A stretch of 32,000 nucleotides of DNA from positions 900,001 through 932,000 of the forward strand of contig NZ_CP019384.1 of NCBI RefSeq assembly GCF_004102945.1, in the 5' to 3' direction. The notes under the pieces were generated by a model. It was not told where the DNA came from and searched no databases. It saw nothing but the letters and a program-made list of their open reading frames with translations. The stretch is from Candidatus Velamenicoccus archaeovorus. GTDB taxonomy: Bacteria > Omnitrophota > Gorgyraeia > Velamenicoccales > Velamenicoccaceae. The translations under genes were made by a program, and so were the position numbers. Positions 16,278 through 24,158 of this stretch are shown here, piece by piece. The stretch's first letter is position 1; each line of letters starts with the position of its first letter.

Positions 16278-17273
16278 ATGAAAAAAACGGCGATGCCGCT
16301 GAATGTGGATGCCAAGCGTTTTGATCTCAGGCGCCTTCATTGTTCGGAGTCCGGGATGAAGGGTATCTGCAAGGCTTTCGGGCTCGGGATGCTCTGTTCG
16401 TTCGAGCCGGAGAAGAACGTCAGGATCTCTCATTCCAATTTTCTGGTGTATGCGGAGACATCCAGGGGCCGCTATGCGTTAAAATTCCATCCTCATGGTT
16501 CAGCGAATCTTCATCGGCACGAACACCTTCTGCATCGTCTCTTGCGGCAAAAAGGCGTCTGCGTTCCGCGCATGTTTTCTCCTCCCTGCCTCCCTTTCAG
16601 GCATTATCTTGTCACCTGCCATGAATGGCTCGATGCGGCACCGCTTTACCGATTTCCTGTTTCCAGGATGCGTCATCTGGGGATAACCGAAGCCATCCAG
16701 TCATTCAATAAGACTTTAAGATCCTTGATACACGAGGGATTGGCTTTGCGCCGCCAATCTTTTATCGAAAAAGTCAGGCAGCTCAAAGATGCTTCGAAAG
16801 CCTGCAAAGGGAACGCGGGCGCCAGGGGGCTTCTGGATGATTGTCTCAAGGCTTTTCGAGACGCTCCTGCGGATTTTCCTCTCGTGCCATTGCATGCGGA
16901 TTTGTCGGTTTCCAATATATTATGCAGCGACCGGCAGGTGTTTTTCATCGACTTGACCCATGTGCGGCATGCGTGTCTTCAGACGGACATGGCCAGTCTG
17001 CTTGTTTCGTGCTTTGTGCAGGAGATGCCTTCGTCCGCCCTGGGAAAAATTCTGCTTTCTGGCGAAGAAAATGCATCTTTTCCCAGGGGGTGGAAAAAGG
17101 CCCTCGCCGTTCTTATCAGGCTGGAGGCTTTCGGAGAGTATCTGAAGGATGCGCATCGCCTTGGGAAGACTTATCGCGGCAAAGAAGTTGTTGCCTTCAG
17201 GCGCGAGTTGCTCCGGCACCAGAAAAAGATGGAATATCTGATGAAGGATCCTCTGGCTGTCCTGTCTTCTTGA
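16278..17273 (+). CDS. Phosphotransferase of the aminoglycoside/choline-kinase (APH) fold
   Basis: PLHADLSVSNILCSDRQVFFIDLTHV carries the HxDxxxxN catalytic loop plus the IDL metal-binding Asp. YALKF supplies the ATP-binding Lys. AGAGGG lies 8 nt upstream of ATG 16278. The ORF-track start at 16140 is an unsupported extension. Confidence 0.7.
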   Translation: MKKTAMPLNVDAKRFDLRRLHCSESGMKGICKAFGLGMLCSFEPEKNVRISHSNFLVYAETSRGRYALKFHPHGSANLHRHEHLLHRLLRQKGVCVPRMFSPPCLPFRHYLVTCHEWLDAAPLYRFPVSRMRHLGITEAIQSFNKTLRSLIHEGLALRRQSFIEKVRQLKDASKACKGNAGARGLLDDCLKAFRDAPADFPLVPLHADLSVSNILCSDRQVFFIDLTHVRHACLQTDMASLLVSCFVQEMPSSALGKILLSGEENASFPRGWKKALAVLIRLEAFGEYLKDAHRLGKTYRGKEVVAFRRELLRHQKKMEYLMKDPLAVLSS

Positions 17274-17279
17274 AGGGGA

Positions 17280-18407
17280 TCACATTTCTTTGAGGGTGCG
17301 GCAGACGCTTTTGTTGAAGGCTGCAAATCCGCAATACCTGCATTCCTGCCATAATTTTTTTTTCGGGTCCGTCCCCTGTCTTGCGGCTGCCCTGAGGCGT
17401 TCAAACCTTTTTGAGAACCAGATTTTTGAAAATGGCGTCTCGTGGATATTGCCCATGATAGCCACGCCGACATTGTCGCAGGGGGCGACCACGCGGCCGT
17501 CCAGGTCGATAAAACCGTAAAACCACCCCACATAACAAGGCATGCGTTTTTCATGGAACGCCTTAAAATAGAAAAGACGGTCATTGTGCCAGGCGCTTTT
17601 TCTCAATGATTTCCTGTTTTTCATGAAACCGGGATGCAGGACCGCGCGGCGGATCTCCTCTAAGTTTGTTTTGACGCCGTCCTTTGTCGGCCGAAAGTCT
17701 TTCAGGAAGGCCTTCAATTCTTGAAGGCCGTTGTCGGAGAGCAAGAGGGAACGTGTCTGGGCGGTGGCTTCGATAAGTTTAAATTTGACCTCGGAGGCGT
17801 GTGCATTTTTCGCCAATACGAGCGCCCGCGGGATGTCTTCGTAATTCATCTCGTTGATGATAAATATCATTTGCACGAGCGGGTGTCTTTTCTTGTTTTG
17901 CGTCAGGGCGCAGACGTTGTTCAATGTTTTTCGGAATGCGCCGGCGGCGCGAGGCCCGTGTATCCTGGAATAATTCCTGGGGTCAGCGGCTGAAAGATTG
18001 ACGTTTACTTTGTCGGCGAGCGCCAGGTAGCGCATGAGGGCGGTCTCAACGGCGCAATTGGAATAGACCTCGAGGCGCAAGCCCAGGTGTTTGATGAAAA
18101 GGATCAGCTCTTTGATGCGGGGGTAGAGCATCGTTTCTCCCCCCTCCAGGCATATGCCGGTCGTGCCGATCCTGGCGCAGTCCTGGATTGTTTTCTTGAG
18201 GAGCTGGAAGTCCATGTGCCGGATGCGGCGGTCTTTCGGGATGACCAGCGGTGATTTCTCCCAGCAGAAGATGCAGCGGAGATTGCAAAGGTTCGTCAGG
18301 TGGATATTGACGGAGCGCGGGCCGACAGCCGGACGTTTTCCCCTTGCGGCTTCGAGCCGGAACGGGTCGAGACGGTCATGAAAGACAAAGTCAGAGGATT
18401 CGTTCAT
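17280..18407 (-). CDS. Radical SAM enzyme with SPASM/twitch-type motif (paralogue family member 4 of 4)
   Basis: VNIHLTNLCNLRCIFC, CYVGWFYGFIDLDGRVVAPC, MGNIHETPFSKIW and CRYC. Confidence 0.85.
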   Translation of the reverse strand: MNESSDFVFHDRLDPFRLEAARGKRPAVGPRSVNIHLTNLCNLRCIFCWEKSPLVIPKDRRIRHMDFQLLKKTIQDCARIGTTGICLEGGETMLYPRIKELILFIKHLGLRLEVYSNCAVETALMRYLALADKVNVNLSAADPRNYSRIHGPRAAGAFRKTLNNVCALTQNKKRHPLVQMIFIINEMNYEDIPRALVLAKNAHASEVKFKLIEATAQTRSLLLSDNGLQELKAFLKDFRPTKDGVKTNLEEIRRAVLHPGFMKNRKSLRKSAWHNDRLFYFKAFHEKRMPCYVGWFYGFIDLDGRVVAPCDNVGVAIMGNIHETPFSKIWFSKRFERLRAAARQGTDPKKKLWQECRYCGFAAFNKSVCRTLKEM

Positions 18408-18451
18408 AGGTATTGACGGAAGACAAAGACGATGCTTAAATAAAGTTTCTC

Positions 18452-19447
18452 ATGGCAGAAATCCCGCAGTTGACAGACTTGACGCTGGAGATCACCAACG
18501 CGTGCAACCTGCGTTGCCGCTGTTGCGGCATCTGGAAAGAACGCAAGGCCAGGTCGTTGTCTCTTTCTGCAATCGAATATATTGTATCGGTTCTCCTTAA
18601 AAAAATCAAAATCAATTCCGTGGCCTTGACCGGCGGAGAACCTTTTCTTCATCCCCAGTTTGACGGTATTTTTAAATTTTTTCACATCCTGAAGCTTAAA
18701 AAGCTTGTCCGCGCGATCGGCATCTATTCCAACGGTTTCGGCCACTCCCGTATTGTTGGTTTTCTTGAAAAGCACGGCGATATGCTCAAGGGTGTCAGCC
18801 TGGGGATCAGCCTTGACGGCCTAAAGGCGCATCATGACGACCTGCGCGGCCGGGCGGGCGCTTTCGATGCGAGCATGAAGACGGTGGATTACGTGGCGTA
18901 TCGGTGCAGAGGGCTCGTCAAGCCCGCCATTAAGTTCACGATCAACAGGCGCAATTACGGGGATCTTTTTGCGTTGTATCGCCTTGCGGAATCCCGCGGT
19001 TTCCGTTTTATGCCGAAACTGGCCGAGTTCGGCACCGAGGCCTATTATCATCGGGTATCCGGACGCACGGCCGGGCTGGATTGGGACGATCCTCGCATCA
19101 AGACTGAGATCATCCGTCAGTTGCGCGCGATCGCTTCAGATGTCAAATCGTCCGGAACACAAACGGCAGACGGGAGGGTCCTTTCCTTCCTGGAGAGGAT
19201 TGTCAGGCGGGGGGTGTCGGCCATCACCGCCTGCCGGACTCCGGGGAACTTCTTGTTTATTACATGCGCCGGCGCTATTCATCCTTGTCTGTATATGCCC
19301 CCCGTCTCGTCCATCGGGAGCCACTTTTTAAAAGATATCTACGGCCCTGAGCACCAAGAAAGGATACGGATGGGGCTCCAGGGGCTTTGTCCCCGTTGTT
19401 ACGCCTACCACGGTTTCCTCAAGACGGTCAATCTGGAGAAGGTTTAG
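18452..19447 (+). CDS. Radical SAM enzyme with SPASM/twitch-type motif
   Basis: LTLEITNACNLRCRCC is the rSAM box, followed by LTGGEPFL. CRTPGNFLFITCAGAIHPC is a CX12GX4C motif. A terminal CPRC follows. Confidence 0.85.
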   Translation: MAEIPQLTDLTLEITNACNLRCRCCGIWKERKARSLSLSAIEYIVSVLLKKIKINSVALTGGEPFLHPQFDGIFKFFHILKLKKLVRAIGIYSNGFGHSRIVGFLEKHGDMLKGVSLGISLDGLKAHHDDLRGRAGAFDASMKTVDYVAYRCRGLVKPAIKFTINRRNYGDLFALYRLAESRGFRFMPKLAEFGTEAYYHRVSGRTAGLDWDDPRIKTEIIRQLRAIASDVKSSGTQTADGRVLSFLERIVRRGVSAITACRTPGNFLFITCAGAIHPCLYMPPVSSIGSHFLKDIYGPEHQERIRMGLQGLCPRCYAYHGFLKTVNLEKV

Positions 19448-20667
19448 AGGATTTTGAGAACGGTTTTGACGGTGGCGGCCGCCCCTTCGAAAAAGGCCGG
19501 GGGCAGCGGTTTTGGCGCCGGCGCCTGCAAGACATCTTTGATGGCCCCGGCAAGGGTTTCCGAACGCAATCCGTCATAGTCGAAGAGGCGCGCGTTGAGA
19601 TGTTTTTCAAGGAGGCGCGCGCGCGGCGTCTGGTCATTGATCCACCCGGACTTAGCGAGGACGGTATAGGGGGCGATGATGCATTTCTTGCCAAGGTGCA
19701 GCAGCTGGACGGATGTGTTGTAGCCGGCCAGGCTGACGGAGACATCGCAGGCGCCAAGACAGTCGGCGAAATGAGGCACGTACGGCACGACAGACGTGTG
19801 TTTGATGCCGTGTTTGCGGACGAGGGCTTCGAAAAATTCCATTTCTTTTCTACCCGACGCAGGACCCGCGGACAGCAGCATGGCGGCATCGTTTCCCAGA
19901 TATCGTTTGGCGAGGATTGCGCTCGCGATGATCTTGGGGCAGGTCGTCCCCCCTCCCCTGCTCACAAGGATTTTTTTGCGTTTGGATTTTTTCCATCGTT
20001 TCATCAGCCGTTCTGCCGCCGGATGGCCGGCGCCTTCGGTGCAGCGCGGCAGGATATAGCCCGTGTGGATGATTTTTTCCTTCAGCGATGCGAAGATCGA
20101 GGCATACAAGTCCCTGCGTTCTTTGTCCGGGACGAGCTCGAGGAAATACGGGTATTCGAAATTCTCCGGCGTATGGATGAAGATCTTGTCGTAGAAACGC
20201 ACTTCTTTGAAAAAACGCTGGACATTTTTGATGACATCGAGAGTGATGTAGGGATAGCCGATGGTTGCCAGGATCTTTTTGCGTTGTTTCTTCAAAAAAA
20301 GGAACGCCTCGGAAAGCTCCAGGAAGCATTCGCTCCTGCCGAAAGGAAAGTATTCCGTCATGAAGACGTCCGGCATGATGTCTTTGGTTTTATCGAGGAT
20401 GAAATCGGCGCGCAGGCCGATGTTCCGGATGTCTGCCGGAAGATTTTTGAACTGCGCTTTGCTGTAAAAAGGATAGGGAACGTCGATCTTTGTGACGCCG
20501 GGTTTCGGCCTGAATGTGTGCTGAGGGACGCCTGCCTGGAGGAGATAAACCTCGAACAGGCCCCGGCCGAAGGACGCGAAAGCATCCGCCAGGGTCGTGA
20601 TCCTCGATGTGTGGCCGAGGCTCTCCTTGTGGGTGTAATATAATAGAATTTTGATTTTATTTCGCAT
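19444..20667 (-). CDS. GT-B glycosyltransferase (MurG/GT28 C-terminal-like)
   Basis: The N-terminus KILLYYTHKESLGHTSR and the C-terminal half ILVSRGGGT...VSLAGYNTSVQLLHLGKKCIIAP follow the MurG-like nucleotide-sugar binding pattern. It is a paralogue of 21857-22945. Confidence 0.7.
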   Translation of the reverse strand: MRNKIKILLYYTHKESLGHTSRITTLADAFASFGRGLFEVYLLQAGVPQHTFRPKPGVTKIDVPYPFYSKAQFKNLPADIRNIGLRADFILDKTKDIMPDVFMTEYFPFGRSECFLELSEAFLFLKKQRKKILATIGYPYITLDVIKNVQRFFKEVRFYDKIFIHTPENFEYPYFLELVPDKERRDLYASIFASLKEKIIHTGYILPRCTEGAGHPAAERLMKRWKKSKRKKILVSRGGGTTCPKIIASAILAKRYLGNDAAMLLSAGPASGRKEMEFFEALVRKHGIKHTSVVPYVPHFADCLGACDVSVSLAGYNTSVQLLHLGKKCIIAPYTVLAKSGWINDQTPRARLLEKHLNARLFDYDGLRSETLAGAIKDVLQAPAPKPLPPAFFEGAAATVKTVLKIL

Positions 20668-21676
20668 GGCGCGGTGTCATGAGGAACGTCTGGTCTATAT
20701 TTTTAACGGCCCTGCAGATGTCCCGGTAGCGACGCAAGCCGGCCTTTGGCCGCGTCCTTTTCCAGAGGCGCATGGCCAGCGCAGCGCTGTAGTTGCTGAA
20801 TTCACGGTACGAGACCGTCCTGTTCTTGAAAAGCGCCCGGTAATGGGCCAGGAGCCCTTGATAGACGGCTTCGTTGTATGCGGTGCCGTCCGTTCCAAGC
20901 TTCAGGATAAAAAACCGGTCCCGGATCGCTTTGGGGAACGCCATGAAGGTCCAATTTGCAAGAACGTCTCCGTGGGGAAGAACGACGAGGTCGTGGCCGT
21001 AACTCATGGGGCGGCTGTAGCAGGGACAAAGGACGCGCTTGCGCGCGCATGACAATGCCGCCAGATGTCTGTAATTGTCGATGAAATCCTTTGCCGAGGC
21101 CGCGTCCCACGGGGCCAGGAATGCAGGATGGACATCGATGCGCGAGACCCCCAGAGACGACAAGAACCCAAAATTCTTCGCCATATAACGGGTTTCTTGC
21201 GGATGGACGGTCATGGTCGGGAATACCTCGATTCCCAGGCGCAGGGCCTTTTTTATGTTCGTGCATATGAGGCGGTAGTTTTGGGCGGAAGTCCCTTTCC
21301 TGTGGCGGGCGGTGCTTTCGGGATTCCCGTCAATGCCAGGCTCCAGGGATATGTTATGGCACCTGAGAAATCGCATCTTTTCTTCCGTCAAAAGAAGCAT
21401 ATTGCTTTGAAGCAAGATAGAGCTTTTCGGCCTAATTTTTTTGATGTCCCGGACAAGCGTTTTTACGAAATCCCATCGCAGGAGAGGTTCTCCTCCGGAG
21501 ATTACGAATTCAGTCTTTGGGTCCTTCGGCAGGATGTTTAACAGTTGTCTGGCCTGTGCCAGGGAAAGGTCCTGACGTCGTGTTTTCGAAGAGAAAAAGC
21601 AGTAGTCGCAGTCCAGCTGGCATCGGTCTGTAATGAATATCCAGCAGTATTTTATGGAAGGCATTGTGCGTCTCAT
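20657..21676 (-). CDS. Radical SAM protein (paralogue of 7508-8542)
   Basis: WIFITDRCQLDCDYCFF, ISGGEPLL and MTVHPQETRYM...IDVHPAF. The start is uncertain: in-frame ATGs lie at 21664, 21676, 21703 and 21787, and the ORF-track start at 21820 is a TTG. Confidence 0.75.
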   Translation of the reverse strand: MRRTMPSIKYCWIFITDRCQLDCDYCFFSSKTRRQDLSLAQARQLLNILPKDPKTEFVISGGEPLLRWDFVKTLVRDIKKIRPKSSILLQSNMLLLTEEKMRFLRCHNISLEPGIDGNPESTARHRKGTSAQNYRLICTNIKKALRLGIEVFPTMTVHPQETRYMAKNFGFLSSLGVSRIDVHPAFLAPWDAASAKDFIDNYRHLAALSCARKRVLCPCYSRPMSYGHDLVVLPHGDVLANWTFMAFPKAIRDRFFILKLGTDGTAYNEAVYQGLLAHYRALFKNRTVSYREFSNYSAALAMRLWKRTRPKAGLRRYRDICRAVKNIDQTFLMTPRHAK

Positions 21677-21856
21677 AATGTTTTTCTGGAGCCCCACGGG
21701 CATAACCCGTGAGGTCTTTTCTATCCGCCCAGGTGGGGCGACGTCCCGAACCGCCATGGTCATGTTAGCGGCCAAAACCGCAGGCATAACCCATCCACGG
21801 GTGTAGCCTCGCCCGCCCAAGCGGGCAGGGAATTCCGGCCAAGGGATTAAAGATAT

Positions 21857-22945
21857 TCAAAGGTGTTCCAGGATCAGTTCTGCCGAACGGGCCGCTCCCC
21901 GGAACCAGTTTTCAGGAACGGTCCTCGTTTTTGGGTGTCCGCGTCTGTCCGCGAGCCCTGCGATGGAGCGTTCCAGTTTTTCCGGCGAGATATCTTTTGC
22001 GGACAAGATTCTTGCCGTGGCGTATTGTGCCAGGAACCGGGCGTTCCAGCGTTGCTCGGCCGTTGCGGCGGGCAGGATAAGCGACGGTATGCGGTAGCGC
22101 AGGAGCCGGACCATGGTGTTATAACCGGCGAGGTTGACACTTACATCGGCACCCTTGAGGCATTGTTCGAATTCGGGATATTTCCAGGAAAAATATTCCA
22201 AGGCGGTCTGCCGGTCTCCTTTCCTTTTCAGGGCTTGCGGCGCCGCCGTCCCCGCCGATATCGCGAAATGCCAGTCGGGCCGTTTCAACGCCACGCGCAG
22301 ACAACTGCGGATGAGGCCCGGATGGTCCTGCAGTCCTCCCCGGCTCACGACAACACGTAGGCCCGGACCGGCGCCTTGGCGGCATTCCTTAAAGTCCGTA
22401 TCGTCATGCACGAAGCCCGTTGCGGCAAGCTTGTGCCGGCATTGCCGCAGGACGGCCTTCAGGAGTTTTCTTTCGTCAGCGGGCAGGTAAGATTCATACG
22501 AATTCATCTGCGCTTGCGGCCAGTGATAAAGAACAAGGTCGTAGTGATGAGGCAAAAACAGGTTCAGGGAGTTTGTCCAATCGAGATGGACGGTGCTGGA
22601 GATGATCGTTGTTTTTGAGGAACGCAGTTGTTTGAGGATGGGCAGGAGAACCTGGTGTTCCGGGTGGCGGAAAAAAGGATAATGTTCCGTCAAGAAGACA
22701 TCGGGGCGGATATGTTTGAGCGCCCTGAACAGGGCGCGGCTCCAATGGATGCCGCTTTTTTGTTGCGGCAGGAAAAGGTGGTCGGCGAAGCGCCTGATGG
22801 GAAAAAGATGCGTTTTTTTTGTTCCCGTCTCGATGGCGATGATATCGGTTTTCTTCAGGGATGCCACCGCTTTGGTCAGCGTGTAAACGATATGCGCATG
22901 TCCCAGAGAGTCCGTGTTATGGAAGAAGACGCAGAGCTTTTTCAT
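21857..22945 (-). CDS. GT-B glycosyltransferase (MurG/GT28 C-terminal-like), paralogue of 19444-20667
   Basis: KLCVFFHNTDSLGHAHI, VVVSRGG and VNLAGYNTMVRLLRYRIPSLILP. There is an ATGA overlap with the upstream aminotransferase gene. Confidence 0.7.
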   Translation of the reverse strand: MKKLCVFFHNTDSLGHAHIVYTLTKAVASLKKTDIIAIETGTKKTHLFPIRRFADHLFLPQQKSGIHWSRALFRALKHIRPDVFLTEHYPFFRHPEHQVLLPILKQLRSSKTTIISSTVHLDWTNSLNLFLPHHYDLVLYHWPQAQMNSYESYLPADERKLLKAVLRQCRHKLAATGFVHDDTDFKECRQGAGPGLRVVVSRGGLQDHPGLIRSCLRVALKRPDWHFAISAGTAAPQALKRKGDRQTALEYFSWKYPEFEQCLKGADVSVNLAGYNTMVRLLRYRIPSLILPAATAEQRWNARFLAQYATARILSAKDISPEKLERSIAGLADRRGHPKTRTVPENWFRGAARSAELILEHL

Positions 22946-24060
22946 GAAGGCCTGGTCTTTTGGACGTGGAAAAATTCACGGATGGCCTCGACGACGAACG
23001 CAGCCTCCTTTTCCTTCATGAAAGAGAATAGGGGCAGATGAAGCGCCTCCCCGCTGTAGGCATCGCTGTTCGGCATCTGCGTTCGGCAGAAGGACGAGAA
23101 TGTTTTCATGCGGTGCAGCGGCGTGTAGGGGTTTTGCCAGTCGATGCCTCGTTTTTTGAGATGTTGGCCGAGGGCATCGCGTTCGCGCGCGGCCATGACG
23201 AAAACCTGGGGGATGGTCAGGGTGCGCGCGTCGTCGCGCGGGAAAGAGATGTTTTTCATGCCGCCCAGCTCTTTTTCGTAAAATGCCTTGATCTTGAGCC
23301 GCGATTTGATGATTTCCTTGAGAAAGCGGAATTTTGTCCTGACGGCCATCAGGTCCCAGAGGTACATGCGGGAGTATCTCTGGCCGGCCTTCAGAAGCGA
23401 GGCGTCGTCTTTCCATATTTTTGTCATTTCTACGATTTTTTCGCAGGCCGGGTCGTTAAAACACAGCATGCCTCCTCCGCCTCCGCATGAGGACAGGGGT
23501 TTGTAGTACGAGAAAGAGAAGCATGAGATGTCGCCGAAAGAACCTAATTTTTTGTGTTTGTATTCGGAGCTTTCCGCCTGGCAGACGTCTTCGACGACAA
23601 ACAGCTTATGTTTTTTTGCGATGGCAAGGATGCTGTCTATGGGGGCGGGGCGGCCGAACATGTGCACGGCAATGATGCCTTTGGTGCGCTTGGTCACCAA
23701 GCCGCGGACCGCGTCCGCATCCATCTGGTAGTCTGCCGTGCGGCAATCCGCCGGGACGGGCAAGCCCCCTGCATAGATGACGGCCAGGGGAACGGCAGGA
23801 TACGTCACGTTCGGGACGATGACCTCGTCGCCTGTCTTGAGGCCATAGTGTTGGAGAGCCAGCTGGAGGGCGTCGGTTCCCGAATTCAGGGCGAGGGCAC
23901 GGCGTGTGCCGATATAGCGCGCAAATTCCTTTTCCCACTCTCCGAGGAGGCCTTCGATGTCGTTGAGGCCGTTGATCCTCTTGAGATCGGCCTCGATCCT
24001 CTCTTGATAAGATTTGATCAGCAGCCTGTCGATGCGCATGCTGTCATACCGGATGGGCAT
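22942..24060 (-). CDS. PLP-dependent sugar aminotransferase, DegT/DnrJ/EryC1/StrS family
   Basis: LNSGTDALQLAL, GDEVIVPNVTYPA, IIAVHMFGRP, VVEDVCQA and FSFSYYKPLSS (candidate PLP lysine) follow the DegT family pattern. Confidence 0.85.
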   Translation of the reverse strand: MPIRYDSMRIDRLLIKSYQERIEADLKRINGLNDIEGLLGEWEKEFARYIGTRRALALNSGTDALQLALQHYGLKTGDEVIVPNVTYPAVPLAVIYAGGLPVPADCRTADYQMDADAVRGLVTKRTKGIIAVHMFGRPAPIDSILAIAKKHKLFVVEDVCQAESSEYKHKKLGSFGDISCFSFSYYKPLSSCGGGGGMLCFNDPACEKIVEMTKIWKDDASLLKAGQRYSRMYLWDLMAVRTKFRFLKEIIKSRLKIKAFYEKELGGMKNISFPRDDARTLTIPQVFVMAARERDALGQHLKKRGIDWQNPYTPLHRMKTFSSFCRTQMPNSDAYSGEALHLPLFSFMKEKEAAFVVEAIREFFHVQKTRPS

Positions 24061-24158
24061 GGGAAAACGATAGACGTTGAGGTTCGATTCTTATAAAATA
24101 ATATGCGTTGGAGATTTGATTTCCTGGCACGCTTGTCTATCATATATAACAGAATTGA

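Noticed and set aside
15999-16433. A 144-codon minus-strand ORF spanning the divergent intergenic region and the 5' end of the kinase gene.
   Set aside because: It is antisense to the well-supported kinase start. Its composition is Arg/Pro/His-rich, and it has no SD and no motif. It is most likely spurious.
21811-21826. GC-rich hairpin GCCCGC-ccaa-GCGGGC between GT 21857-22945 and rSAM 20657-21676, as a possible terminator.
   Set aside because: The stem is only 6 bp and no U-tract follows on the minus strand. It may even lie inside the coding region if the rSAM gene uses an upstream start. There is not enough evidence to call it a terminator or attenuator.
2141-24060. Interpreting the main island as a conventional sactipeptide/ranthipeptide RiPP cluster, an O-antigen/capsule locus, or a hopanoid side-chain (hpnH-J-K-O-like) locus.
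   Set aside because: Each model explains only part of the gene set and lacks its defining component in the window. The RiPP model lacks a clear precursor, protease or transporter. The capsule model lacks Wzx/Wzy, an initiating transferase and nucleotide-sugar synthases. The hopanoid model lacks squalene-hopene cyclase. I keep them as hypotheses only.
24125-24140. TGGCAC in the DegT/A24 divergent region, as a possible sigma54 -24 element.
   Set aside because: The required TTGC -12 element is not at the N5 spacing; TGGCAC is followed by GCTTGTCT. A sigma70-like TTGATT-16-TATCAT (24116-24143) explains the region better, and even that is tentative.
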